DNA of 64,000 nt. It comes from Lama glama. Taxonomy: Eukaryota. Position 1 is the stretch's first letter; every line of letters begins with the position of its first letter. A program made the position numbers and the translations under genes. Of this stretch, positions 38,522 through 52,270 are shown in pieces. The notes under the pieces were generated by a model. That model was not told the origin of the DNA and made no database searches. It saw nothing but the letters and a program-made list of their open reading frames with translations. The stretch is from positions 38,008,001 to 38,072,000 of the forward strand of contig CM052816.1 of the NCBI GenBank assembly GCA_028534125.1. Reading direction: 5' to 3'.

Positions 38522-39690
38522 GAGCAGTGTATTCTCTGTGCTACCTGCATCACAACTTATTAAAGATGCAGAAGTTCATTCCCACTGTAGATTTATTGAA
38601 ACAGAGTAATTTTCAATGCCTAGTGCAAAATGAAAATGTGAGTGCCCTTTTTTAAAAAGAAGGAAAGGAGTACCATTAAATAGTAAAATATAAAGCCTTT
38701 TCCTTTGTGCTGTAGGCCTTCTCTCTCAACTTGTCATGATGGTTGTTGTTTGCTATTTAATTCTGTTTTAAATATAGAAAAGTCAAAATTTTAAATTATT
38801 AACATGAATTTCATGTTCATTTCTATGTTATATAACGCCAGGTTAAAATGCATTTAACATGTACGTGTAATTACTGAACTTAAAAACAGTTCGTAATTTT
38901 AGTCATTATAGTCCATGCTCATGTATTTCATTCTTACTACAAAAATTGAACACTCCACAAAACTAACTCAGTTGTTATTTTATTTCCTGATAAGCACACA
39001 TATTGCCAGCATTTTCTACCTTGGGCTTAGTGATGAGTAAGAAAAGACTGAAAAGAAATAAACTAAGGGTTGTCTTATCTTTCCTTTTCCTCCACGTCAT
39101 CATTTTTAGCATAAGTGGCTGGATAATACAAGGAAATAACAAAAATAAGAAGCAATACGATGAAGTTACTTGATAGTTCATGTTTCTTAATAGCCATAGC
39201 CATTATGTTCAGAGCAAGTTCCTATTTGAAAAAAATTTGAACAAATCTCTCTCAGGGTTGTCTGTTCCTGTACCTATTTGTAGGTGTAACATGCTAACCT
39301 TGCATTCCTTTGAGTCTGACTGAACTCCCAAGCATCATGGGATGACCAGAAACTTGTGATTATGGAGCATCACAAATGCTATTTATATGTGAATGGTGTG
39401 ACAAGAAATAGAGGGCAAACATATCACATGCATCTTCTGTGGTAATGCGCAGGCTCACTTGTCCCATTGGACATCACTTACAAAACATTAGCTCAAAATA
39501 AAATCATTAAGAATTTCATGATGGTGAAGTAGAACATTAAACCAAGGGTGGAGGCCCTTCTGAGCATGGGGTTCCCCTGCTACTCTATAGGTCTCACACC
39601 CAAAATATCAGCCCTGAAAAGAATCAGGGATTTTGCTTTTTAAGTACCCTATGGGATTCTTACACCATCTAAATTTTCATAACCAAAATG
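38522..39690. mobile_element. MER5-like element split by a MER45-like insertion (pieces about 38522-38601 and 39617-39690)
   Basis: Left: 'ctgcatcacaacttattaaagatgcaga...cccactgtagatttattgaa'. Right: 'ttttgctttttaagtaccctatgggattcttacac'. Confidence 0.55.
38602..39616 (+). mobile_element. MER45B-like hAT-Tip100 DNA transposon (about 1015 bp)
   Basis: 5' end 'cagagtaattttcaatgcctagtgcaaaatgaaaatgtgagtgccc'; 3' end 'ggcccttctgagcatgggg...ggtctcacaccca...tcagccctg'. Confidence 0.8.
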
Positions 39691-41679
39691 GCTAGTGGAT
39701 GTCAGAGTTAGGAGAGTTCTCTTCTACCTGGCTAGAAAAGGCTCACAGGCTCATGTGGACTTGAGTTAGTTTACTTGAGAACATTACTTCTGATCTTACC
39801 ATCATTTGCATACATCTTTGCCCTGAATACCCAGGAGTTAGTATTCAAATGTTTGATCTTCTCTAATTTCAAAAAGTGGCAGGGATGGGGAGAAAAACTT
39901 GGAGATTTGAATTGGATATTGCTTTACACAGAAATGTTCCAAATGGATCAAAGCATTAATATCATCCATATGACTTTCTGTCCTTTCACACGTATTTCAA
40001 AGGCTGAACATGACATTCCACAGAAATACATGTGGCCTAGAATATTCAGTAAGCTTCCCTTCAGTTGTACCATTTTGAACTACTTTTGAAACAACATAAA
40101 TGTTTAAACATTTAGAACCCAACTGTTATTTTAAACGTTTAGAACACTTAATTATAGTAGGCAAATTTGAAAACCAAATACACAAGACCAAACATTCTTC
40201 AATATAAAATTTCAAGAACTAATTGTATTTCACACTAAACAATTTCCGGTAAGTAATAATTTCATAGTTTTAAAAAATAAAATTCTCCAAGATTCTTCAT
40301 ATAAGCCAAGGCCATCAAAGTAAATACTCTTCACTATAACTGTATCAATTAAAATAAAAATATAATTTGATTATATATGACTATGTTATTTTTCCTTGTT
40401 TCTCTTTTAAGAACTTACTCTCATAAAGCTATAAAAATCCTAAAGCCTTAGTAGTGAACAGAGGGAATAAATGAAAGTGGTGATTCAGATGTAATAACAG
40501 AAAATATCTCTGCTTGGCTATGGATACTGAATATTTTTGGTTTCATTCATTTTCACAGATAAATGGAAACTGGCCTTAATGTTGAATATATTCGTTTGGA
40601 AGTTTAACCCAAAATTTATAGAAAAGGACAAAGTATAAGTTCAAAGTAGATACACTGACATAGATTTTCACTTAATCTGTGGAAGAAGATATAAAGTCCT
40701 AGCCAAGAATTGAAGAGACAACTTCATTAAGAAGTAGATTCACCTTAATGCAAGGCATTTAATGTAAGACACATCAATACTCCTTCTATTTTTGTTTGGA
40801 GACAGTTTGGACTGGACATCTCAAAAGGCCTTTGCATCCCTTTGAACATATTTAGGAAAAGAGTTTATTGGCCAGTCTTCCTCTTTTACTCTCTGAATCT
40901 TTTCTATTCTATCACAAAATAAAAAGAATATCCTTATCTTTTCCTCTTCTTTGGAATAGATATGTTTATGTCATCATATCAAAAGTAAAGCACATTCTTC
41001 CTTTACTTCTGGTCTCTTTTCAGTTGAAGTGTGTTATTGCTCCAGTGGGAAAAATTTATTATTACTTACACAAGAGTAACATAGAAGTCCTCCTAAAAGT
41101 ATAATTTTACACCATAAGGCATTACTTATATGACTCATGCTGAGTCATTTAGCTTTCAAGTTAACCTACACCTTAAAGAACTATGTATTTGAAGATCTTG
41201 ATTTTTTCTCTCTCAGTATTCCTCAGGGCAATTTTTCAGTCTAAACTTATTTTAAAAACTAAATTGGTTATGAATCCAATTATGGTAGATATTCTTCACT
41301 GAGAGTCCATATTCTCTATTCCCACAGTGATCTACCTAAAACTGTAATTTATTCTCACCAAATGCTTCTTGTTATTCTTTTGGATAAAAGCCACTACTAT
41401 TTTTTTTGCTTGATTTGAAAACTAGATTGGCAATATCACATGTTTAGAAAAACAAACACTTGTGACATATTTCGTTTTTCTGTAATTTAAACTTCTGTTC
41501 TGTGAGTCCTTACAGTTAAAACCTGTTACCTCTTCAACTCACTTATCATATCAGAAGATTCTCCAGGATCTGAGCAAGGTTTGATATGATAGGAAGGTAT
41601 TAAGGAAATAAGGGAAAAGATAACACTAATACAAGTGCAGTGTGAAGTCCCCTTGCTGTAGACAGAAATACTACTTTCT

Positions 41680-41820
41680 CACCCATTTCTGTACCTTTGC
41701 CTATGTCATAGACAAATAACCTATTCATCATAGGCTTCAATTTCCTAACTCTATAAAGTAAAGGGGTTGGACCATTTGACCTCTAAGGTGTTCTTCAGCC
41801 CTAAAATCTTACAGTTCTAT
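41680..41820 (+). mobile_element. MIR3-like SINE
   Basis: 'gcttcaatttcctaactctataaagtaaaggggttggaccatttgacctctaaggtgttcttcagccctaaaatct'. Confidence 0.75.
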
Positions 41821-44580
41821 AGCTTTCAATTGATGGACTCTACAGAGAGAGGAATACTTTAGGAATAAGCCTCACAACCTACAGGCCAATGATGATACAG
41901 ATGCTCATGTTTTTAAGGAGGTGATAGAAGATATTTGATCCCAATGGTTTGGAGTCCCCCAACTGTGATAAAGGAGAAGAGCTGAGAAGCCTTCCAACAT
42001 TAGTGTTCTTTGTCTCTTTGTGGATGACCCTCTCACATTAATATCAACATCAGAAACTCTGAATTCAAGAAAAGAAAGGGAGAGTCACACATTCTTTCAA
42101 TAACCCTTTGTCAGTGAACATTTGAGAACCACAGGAAGCCAAATCAGACATCACTTAAAATAGTTTTTGGGTCAAGATTACAAAAAAAAGGAAGACAGGA
42201 AAGAACAGTGAAATCAGCAGGAGTATGTCCCCTAAAGGCCCTTAAACTAAGTTGGAACACAACCCAGAGCAAGTTAGCTAGAGCACTTCTCAGTGGGATT
42301 TTACCCATGGAAAGGCATCAACCATAAATTGTTCTCTGAAAGTGTTTCCCCTCAACACCAAAAATCGTTGGGAAAAAGGAGATTACTCGTTAAGGAAGCC
42401 TTTAATAAAGGATGTGTGCCAAATGCTACTGTTTGTAAAATTCATAAACAATCCTGAAAATGGACATCTTAAATTGTGGAATATGAGTGTGATTTTCTCT
42501 CTCAGTCTCAGATAAAAGTCATATATATGGGAATTGTAAAGTTACTATATAACTGCTGGTTTCACCAATGTGTAGAGGGAAAAAAATAGAGTAATAATAA
42601 ATAGTACTTTTCTGTTTCCAGCTAGCGATCCATATTTTCTAGTTGTACGTAGAGTTAATTTTTAGAGTCACAAAGTGACTGTGAGTATCAAAAACAAACT
42701 ACAGAGCTCTTTATATGCAGAGAGCAATTCAGTTCATACAATGAAGAAAAAAATGCAGTTTCAGCATGACATGACTCTTTGACACGTCTCTGGTAAAGTA
42801 TTCAAGTATAATTTATATATTCAGTAAACCGCAATATTTACTATTTTCCTTCAGAGGTTTTCCTATTCTCTTCCTTTCTGTCTATTTCAAATTTTAAGGC
42901 TATTTACTTTCAAAATGTCTATCCAAACTAAGAGACATACTATAAAAACAAAATAAAATATGTCCAGTATCTTCTCTACCAGTTAATTAAAATTTTTAAG
43001 ATTTAACTGCTCCAAGAGTTAGTACAAAGTTCTATCTTTATACCTCTAATTCTTTATATCTTTAGTATAAAGTAATATTAAAATAAGTATCAATTGATAA
43101 AATTGACATGTTGATATTTTCTTTACAGTTTTCCCAGAATTTGGGAAATAAAAATGAATGTGAAAATATGATTAATTTTACCTCATGTTTCAATTTTGTG
43201 TTCTTAACTAAGTATCTGTAAAATATAAGTTTATATTGTAGGACTTTGGACCAGTAAATTAATTTAATTAATTTCTCCTGCTGCTAAATTTTATATAGAA
43301 TTGGAGAGCTATTTGTAGTCTCAAACTATAAATATGATTTAATCTTTAGCAAGACTTTACAATGTATAAAAATTATCAAAAGAAGAAAAAATTATACAAC
43401 TATCTATAACCAATATTAATTTGGATGAATTTTATTGTAATTTTCTTCAATTGAACAAACCATGAAAATAAAGATTATTTAATGTTTTGCTTGTCATACA
43501 TCAAAAGCCATAAGAGATAGTTTCGAAGTTTAATATGTCACAGAATAATGCTATCTAAGTGACTGACCATGCAAGCAGTATATTTTCAAGCTGACAGTTG
43601 TATATGGCTACAATTTATACTTATTTTTTTCCTTTCACACATGCACAAACTCATTCTAAATTCAGTACTTTGCTCTATCTTATTACCCTCTCAGACTGTA
43701 GTTCAGTATAAATCCCCTCAGAGGTTAGTTTGCCATTGTTTTCTGTTTATGTTACCGACTATTTTACTGATTAACCTTTTAGTTTTATTAGAGATCACTG
43801 TTTTAAAAATAATTTGCTTGTAAGCAATATATTAGCTAACATAAATTACCTGATCATAATGGTTTTTATTAAACTTATATGTGATTAATTTTTATAGTTC
43901 CATGCCATAAATATACCTTAAACAGAGGCAAGTGTACTTCAGCAATGAAAGAAACAAAGCTTTGGAAAGAGAGGTTCCATCTATCACTTGTAACCGTATA
44001 TATACATATATATTCTATCTACAAAGTGTTTATTTGCAAGATGTTTTGATGGAGAGCTCAGGCCTTGTCCACCTTGTGACCATCTTTCCCAGTCCTTGCC
44101 CCCATCTACCAACCCCAGGTGGTGCAGAGGTGGGCCATTAACTGTCTATATTAAAAAAGACTGTATAAAGTGAATGTTTATTAATGTTTTCCCCCCAAAA
44201 TAGTGCTGTGATAGTGATTCCAATGCATTGGCATGTATTGATCCATTTGAGTGTGATAGACATAGTGGGGGACTATGTTCAAACAAGTGCAAATGAACAT
44301 ATTAAACTGATAAGAGACTTAAAGTCAATTTAGAAAATGCCATCAGTGTAAATAATATCTGAACAATTCATGTTTAAAAAGAGTAACTTAGTTGACAGAA
44401 TTTGAAAACATTATAGTTAGAGTAATTTTAATATCTCAGTCTGGTATTTATTATCTAGACACAGTGAGAAAATAACCTGTAGTCTATTTAGCTAACAATT
44501 TTAAACAAACATCCTAATCAACCAAATGTTCGTTACATTTTTATCCATACAACAGCCTTGATATTTTTAGCAATACAGTG

Positions 44581-44652
44581 CCTTCTAAGTAGTTCTCAGC
44601 TGCATTGCATATGTTTTGGTATGTTCTGGTTTTATTTCAATTAATTTCAAAT
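44581..44652 (-). mobile_element. Short antisense L1 ORF2 fragment abutting the large L1
   Basis: 'ccttctaagtagttctcagctgcattgcatatgttttggtatgtt' matches the antisense L1 ORF2 post-endonuclease segment. Confidence 0.65.
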
Positions 44653-44654
44653 TA

Positions 44655-47600
44655 TATACATATAAACACAGAATACTCCAAAATATAAAACAAAGGCTGA
44701 TAACTGAAGGGAGAAATGAAAAATTGCACAATTATTGTTGGAGATCTCAATATACCTACTTTCAGTAATGGAAAGAAAAATAGAAGGTCAACAAAGAAAT
44801 AGAAGACTTGAAAATGCTAAAAATCAACTAGAAGTAAGAAATATATATAGAACACTTCACCCAACAGTAGCAGAATACACATTTCTCTTGGGTGCACATA
44901 GAACTTTCTCCAGAGAAGACCATATGCTAGGCCATATAACAAGATTCACTAGACTAAGAAGAACTGAAATCATACAAAGTATATCCCAAAATGCAATGTA
45001 GTTATAATTCAATAGCAGGAGGAAATTTAGGACATTTACAAATAGATGGAAATGAATTAACAGAAACTCCTAAATAATTAGTGAGTGAATGAAAAAATTA
45101 CATGGGAAACTAGAGAATACTTGGAAGTGAATGAATTAGAAAATATTTTGAGATAAATGAAAATAAAACCACTAAATATCCAAATATACTCAATGCAACT
45201 AAAGAAATTAGACCTTAAGAAATTAGAAAGAGGAAACTAAACTTAATGCAAGGATAAGGAAGGTACTAACACATAATAGTAGGTAAATGAAATAGAAAGA
45301 AGAAAAACAATTAAAAATATAAATGAAACAAAAAGTGATGCATTAAAAATGCAACAAAATTGACAGACTTTTAGCTAGTTTACCTAGACTAATCAAGAAA
45401 AAAAGAAAGAAGACCCAAATTACTAAAATTATGAAAGGAACAAGGGGGATTACTGTAGAACTTACAGAGGGAAAAAAAAGATGGTAAGGAAATGCTAGAA
45501 GCATCTGTTAGCTAACAAAATCAATAAGCTAAATGAACTGGACAAATTCCTAAAAAGGTAAAATCTACCAAAACTGACTAAAAAGGAAGCATAATGTCTG
45601 AATGGGCCATAAGAAGTGAAAAGAACTAGTAATCAATAACTTCTCCAAAAGAAAAGCTCAAAACTCCATGGCATCACTGGTGAATCATACTAAACACTTG
45701 AAGAATAAATAACAAACTCTTCATAAATTCTTCAAAAAAAATTGAAGAGGAAGGAGTATTCTCCAATCCACTCTATGAAGTCCAAAATGATTCCAAAACT
45801 AGGCTAAGAGAAGAAAACTACAAGATACACAGAAAAGAAAACTATAAATATACAGGAAAACTATAAATCAATATGCCCTGCAAATACACTTGCAAAAATC
45901 CTCAGAAAACTATGGCAAATCATTTCCAGCCTGACCTGGTGGGATTTATCTGAGGAATTAAAAGGTTAGTAAATTTAAGAAAATCAATCAATGTAAGAGA
46001 CCGTATGAATAGAATAAAGGATTAGAAACCCCATGATCACCTCCATTGATGAAGATAAAGCATTTGGAAAAATTCAACATCTTTTCAATATAAAAGCATT
46101 CAAACAAGGAATAGAAGGGAAATTTTACAACCCAGTTAAGGCATCTAAGAAAATTCTACAATTAAAATCATAGCTCACAGTGAAACTGAAAACCTTCTAA
46201 AATCTGGAATGAGAAAAGATGTCCATTCTCACCACTTCCATGCAACACTGTAATGGAAGTTCTAGCCAGGGCAATTTATTAAGGAAATGTATATACATAG
46301 TTACCAAAACTAGAAAATAAGATATGAAATTATCACTATTTGCAAAGTACATAATCATATATAGAGAAAATATTGAGAAATTCACTAAAAATACTGAGCT
46401 AATAATCAAGTTCATTTAAGTTGTAGGGTACAAGATCAAAATTAAAAACATAATTGTATTTTTACATAGCAACAACGAAAAGTACAAAAATGAAATCAGG
46501 AAAAATCCCATTTCCAATGGCATTAACAAGAATGCAATACTTCAGAATAAACTTAACAAAAGAAATGTAAAATTTATACACTGATTGGTACAAAATATTG
46601 TTAAAAGCAATAAAGATCTAACCACATGGAAAGGCATCCCGTGTTTATGGATAGGAAGGCTTAATAGCGTTAAAATGGCACTTCTCCCCGAAATGGTCTA
46701 TAGATTCAATACAATTCCTGTACATATGTCCACTGCCTTTTTGGCTCAAAATGTCAAATAGATTTTAAATGCAAATGTAAGAGATGCATAAAAGCTAATA
46801 CACTTCTCAAAAAGAAGAACAAAGTTGGAAAGCTACAGTAATTCAGGCTGTGGTACTAGTATAAGTACAGACATATAGATTAATGAATAGAATTCAGGAT
46901 CTAGAAATAAACCCTAACATTTATGACCAGTTGATTTTCAACAAAGGTGCCAAATTGATTCAACTGGGGAAGAACTGCCATTCAACAAATGGAGCTGGAA
47001 TAATTGGATAACCACATGCAAAATAAATAGATAAACAGACAGACAGACAGACAGACAAAGCTGGTCCCCCTCCTTCAGATTACACAGAAACATTTACTCA
47101 AAATGTTTCATAGACCTAAGTGTAAGAGATAAAACTCTAAAACTTTTAAGAGTAAACACATGAGTACATCATAGTGACCCTGGGCTAGGCAATATTTTCT
47201 TATGACACCAAAATACAAACAACAAAGGAAAATGGATAAATTGGACTAAATTCAATTTTAAAACATTTATACTCAAAGTAATACCATCAAGAAAGTTAAA
47301 AGGTAACCCATAGAATGCTAGTATTTCAACTCATGCATTTGAAGGGACCTAACTTCAAAGTATATAAACACTTAAACCCCCAAAGTAAAGACAACTAACC
47401 TACTGAATAATTGGGCAAAGAATCTGAATAGATATATCTCCAAAGAAGATGGCCAGTAAGTCCAAGGTCAAGCTCAAGGTCATTAGTTGTTAAGGAAATG
47501 TAAATCAAAACCACAGTGAGATAACATTCCAGCTCCAGGAGGATAGTCATCACCGGAAAGACAGACAAGAACAAGAATATATACAGAAATTAGAATCTTC

Positions 47601-48262
47601 ATTCACTGCAGGTGGAATGTAAAATAGTGACACCATTTTGGAAAACAATTTTTGGCCATTTCTCAAAATGTTAAACATAGAGTTACTATATAACCCAGCA
47701 GTTTCACTCCTAGGTATAGCCAATAGAAATGAAAATAAATGTCCACGTATAAACTCATACATGAGTGGTCATAGCAGCATTATTCATAATAGCCAAAAAG
47801 CAGAAATAATTCAGATGTCCATCAACTGCTGAATGGGACAAAACACATATGATGTATCCATACAATATAATAATATCCAGCAATAAAGAAGAATGACGTA
47901 CTCCCACAATCTTGAAATGTGGGTGAATGTTGAAAACATATTAGGTTTAAGAATCTACTCTCAAAGACAGTATAATGCATGATATTTTTGTGAAATATTC
48001 AGAATAAGTAAATTTATAGAGTCAGAAAAATGATTAGTGGTTGCCTAGACTTGGGTGTGGGGTGGTGGGTAGCAATGGGTAGTGATTGCTAATGTGTACC
48101 AGAATTATTTTGGGGGTGATGAAAGTTTTCTATAATAAAATTATAGTAATGGTTGTGCAACTCTGTAGGTATGCTAAAAGACCATTGAATTATAAACTTT
48201 AAATGTGTGAATTTTAATGTGTAATTTACATCTCAATGAAAATGTAAAAAATATAAATAAAA
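44655..48262 (+). mobile_element. 5'-truncated old L1 (L1MB-like), from the ORF2 endonuclease region to the 3' UTR, about 3.6 kb, heavily decayed
   Basis: Peptide NIYRTLHPTVAEYTFLLGAHRTFSREDHMLGH (endonuclease); RT region at about 45750-46400; 3' UTR 'ggttgtgcaactctgt...accattgaattataaactttaaatg...catctcaatgaaaatg'. Confidence 0.93.
47035..47057. repeat. (GACA)n microsatellite inside the L1
   Basis: Directly visible. Confidence 0.9.
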
Positions 48263-49179
48263 TCAACATTTTGTATCATTTCTTAGTAAACTGCTTAATA
48301 TCAATTATTCTGATATAGAATTATGTAGTGGTTTATTAAAGATGGTTTAATTGTAATTAATGTTCAAAATAAATATTGCAGAAATAGTATAGGTTTTGGA
48401 CACCATTCTAATTGTCTACGAGTGTCCTCTTAATCGTTTCTGGAAATTGTTGTTTTTTATTTGTTTGATGCCAGGATTCTATAAATTCCCTGAACCATAA
48501 TGTACACATTATATCCTACTTCAAATATCTTATGTAAGTCCTTCCATTTACTCACTGATAGCAACCTCCTCAATCCTCCTCCAAAAATAAGCTAAGATTT
48601 CATATTTTAAAGTAAGCTAAAAATTTAAGATGACAAACACAGTTTATCTCCCTTCCACTGTATTTTTTAACAATGTGAATACCATATACTTCTAGAAGCA
48701 ACAGGGGCTCAAAAAAATCACAACGTGGACCATAAATCTCTAGAACATATCATGTGGCTATTTCTTTTATTATTATCTTTTGACAGGGAAACTGCCTCTC
48801 TTCTCAGTTGTTTAAACTATAGAGGTAGGCACTGTTCTAACTCTTTAAAGATTACCTTTACCTACATTTTTTTCTCAATGCTTTCTTTTCATCGTCTTTT
48901 TCCACAAAACGTTCAAGTTTCTGCTGACTCCTCTGCCATTCAGATAGTGTTTATTTTGGGATTTTAATATCCCTTGCTCCATCTAAAAAATGTTTCACTC
49001 TCTTCTAACTTTTCTAGGATTTATGGTCTTAGACTTACAATTTCAAATCTGCAGAGCAGGGAAATGCTGATTTTCATTTTTAAGTTCAGCAAGCTTTGCC
49101 TATTACCAAATCTTCTTTCTTTCTAGAAACTACAAGGAGCAGGCATCACATAACTAAAGCTGAAAACTCCTGGGCACTA

Positions 49180-49702
49180 TGTGATATGTAACTCCTAAAG
49201 ATGACCACCACCAACTCTTCCACTCCTGTATGCAGATGCCACTCCTCTCATCAAGAGATCTAGTCTATTTCTCCACTCATATTTTGGGCTGGCCTTGGAA
49301 TTTATTTTTATCAACAGGATGTAGGGAAACTGACACTGAATTAGTCCTACACCTTGCCCTAAAAAAGCCTGGCAGCTTCACTTTTCAAACTGTTGGAGCC
49401 CTTAGCTACTATGTAAAAAGTTCTGGCTCCTTGGCTATAGAAACCAAGCAAAGAAAAAAAGTTGCCTGGCCAGCACATAGCTCTTCCAGGCATAGCCACT
49501 GAGACACATTTCATGTGACCTAAGTCACACTGGATATTTCGGCTGTAAAAAAAATTCTCAAACAAATACACTGCATGAATGACTCCAACCATTCACATGG
49601 AACAAAAATGATCTTTCCCCAAATTTCAGAATCATAGGCAAATAAATGACTTTTATTTTTCCACTAAGTTTTGGGGTGATAATAGGAACAGATAAGTAAA
49701 AC
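49180..49702 (+). mobile_element. MaLR solo LTR (MLT1G/H-like)
   Basis: 'taaagatgaccacca...tgggctggccttg...aagcctggcagcttcacttt...cagaatcataggcaaataaatg...ccactaagttttggggtg...agataagtaaaaca'. Confidence 0.85.
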
Positions 49703-50195
49703 AGGCATAAAAGAAGAAAACATAGAAGAATGGGAAAGAGCTAGCACAATTAAAATTATACAAACTTAGAGAAGAAACTTCACATTGACCTGTCTTAAAA
49801 TTATACACATATAAAAAGATATTCTGTAGAAAATCAAAGAAGCTGAAGTGTAAGGAACAAAAGATAATGTTGATAGTTTTCCCCTAAAAGTTTGACTCAA
49901 TATCATAAATAGAAATAATAAAAGCTAGGGAAATCAGTATAGATATGGTGGGTATTATTTATTGATTATAATAAGTTACAATAGTCTTTTTAATATAGCA
50001 GGAATAACCACGAGAAATCTGTAGGTTTTAATTTGATGACTGCCAGGATGTATAGGAATGACAGAAGAGAAGTGAGAACCTCTCCTTTATTATCTTCCTA
50101 GAAATGACAAGATGGCATTTGATTCTTTTCACCACCAGGTACTTTTCTTCATCTTCATACTTTACAACAACAAAACCCAACAATTTTTGATGGAA

Positions 50196-50340
50196 GCATT
50201 AGTTATCTGTTGCTAATTAACTACTTGTTCCAACACTTAGTGCATAATCAACAAACTTATTTTACATTTTCTGTAAGTCACAAATTCCAGCATAACTTAA
50301 CTGAGTGCCTCTGCTTCAGAGTTGCTGCTAAGTCTGTGAT
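50196..50340 (-). mobile_element. MLT1 LTR 3'-end fragment
   Basis: 'attagttatctgttgcta...ccaacacttagtgc...ttttctgtaagtcacaaattccagcataacttaactgagtgcctctg'. Confidence 0.65.
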
Positions 50341-51759
50341 GTGGTGATAACCATTAAGGCCAGCCTAGCAGCTGCCTAACACAATTCACAAGAAAAGAAA
50401 TAACATCTCCTAATCACGTGTCATCAAACTGCATGAACTGTTTAGTTCACTTTAGAAAAAAAAAATTAAAACAAGTCATTGTATAAATTTTCATTTATAC
50501 TTTAACAAGAAGAGAAAAAAAAATAAGAGCAAGGGAAGTGCTAGAAGACAGTAGCAAAGAATCAAAACCAGTATGTGAAAGGCACAGATAAACAATTCAG
50601 GAAGAAAAGCCAAGCAAGGCATGGAGAGATGGCTAAACTCCGTATATGTCACAGAGCAGGCCAAAGGGAACTCCACATGGGTAGAGTAAGTTTAGTAGTG
50701 TGAGAAGAAGAAACGGGACTCGGGAAGTGGAAACTAACTCTTAGGTGCCAGGCAGGGAGTTGGGTTATACGCTTAGACTCTATGCGCTGGGAGATTGGGA
50801 TACAAAGCAGGAACCCAACCAAGACTGAGCAGGTAAGACTGCTCAGTAAGACTGAGCAGATGTTGATGTTGTTATTAAGCTGATTAGCTATAACCTAAAG
50901 CTCATTTCATTTCTAAATACATAAAACCAGGGTTGTCTGGGCTGGAATTGATCCACTAGGGTTTTAACACCAATGTCAGTACCAAATTAGAAGGGATGAG
51001 AAAAACTGTTGAGGTTTTTCTGAAAATACTTGGTAGGCTCAGCCTCCCAGCCCAGCTTAGTTCCCATAGTACTACTTTTAGTACTAGGACAGGGGACAGG
51101 TTCATATCAAGATTTACAACAACTACACTGGACATATGTGAAAAGCACAGGAGACTTTCTGCACTGTGTACATCTGAATTACAGGAAAAGCTGCTAAAAA
51201 ATCACAAGTTATTTGCATATTGCTGTCCAGTTGTCAGATGGCATCTCAGTTTATAAATGTGAGAATCATAGCAGATTTTATTTTCATCAGATTGTTAGGC
51301 TTACTTATTGAAATATATCATATCAACAAGCATCTCTGAGTTTCCATGGTCATACTGGTATCGTGTGGGGCTCAATATATGCAGAGTGGGAGAGGAATCA
51401 GCAGACTTTCCACCTGAGGAAAGTCTCCAAAAGGGACACCTTTTCAACAGAATTCTTAAAAGGATAATATTTGATATGGGTATTGAGCTAAGGGAGAGAT
51501 GAAAATACTTTCAAGGAACTAGTGTGGACCACCAGGAAAGTAGAAAATATGATCAAAAAGTATCTTTTAAGAGCCTTCTCTCTTATCAATAGACTTCCTA
51601 GGCTCTGTTTACTATGTCCTTTCCATATCATTTTTGCCCCACATTTATACCCATTGATTTAGAACATGGCATTGTCTCTGGTCAACCAACTGTTAAGGGA
51701 ATATCCCCAGAATCCATGGGATTTATAATCCAGTTAGGAATACAACCATTTAAACAAAT

Positions 51760-52270
51760 ACAGCCATTAGAGAGTATACAATATTCACAAGGTTGATGAA
51801 TGATATGAGAGAGGTACGTATTACCATGTGAGTGCTAACCAAGGGGGTATAAATTCTGAATAAGAGGACAAAGGAGGAATACGCAAAGAGGACAACACTT
51901 GAATTGGATTTGGGAAAATTAATAGAGTTTTTATAAGCAGACTCATGCAGGAGGAACTTTTGGTTAGTGAGAGTAATATGATAAAAGATAAACCTGGAAG
52001 TACAGGGTCTGGGATGATCAGTCTGATACAACTGGAACAGAAGGTATAGGTACATGTGCACAAGGATGAGGAGATTTGAAGATAAGTCCAGAAAAACAGA
52101 CTGGGCAGGTTGTGGAGGGCTTTGATTGCCATGCTAAGAAATAGGATTCCAGTGAAGATAGTTTACTTGGGTATCAGTATATCTGGACCTGTGCTTTAGA
52201 AATACTACATAGAAACTCTATGGAGTGTAGCAGTACGTAGCAGTACTATTCAATATGAAGGTGTCTGCAG
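51760..52270 (-). mobile_element. L2 fragment
   Basis: 'aagaggacaacacttgaattggatttg...ggcaggttgtggagggctttgattgccatgctaagaa'. Confidence 0.7.

Noticed and set aside
52227..52246. 10-bp tandem GTAGCAGTAC x2, and similar short duplications at about 20540, 40100, 45820 and 53630
   Set aside because: Common microduplications with no evidence of function.
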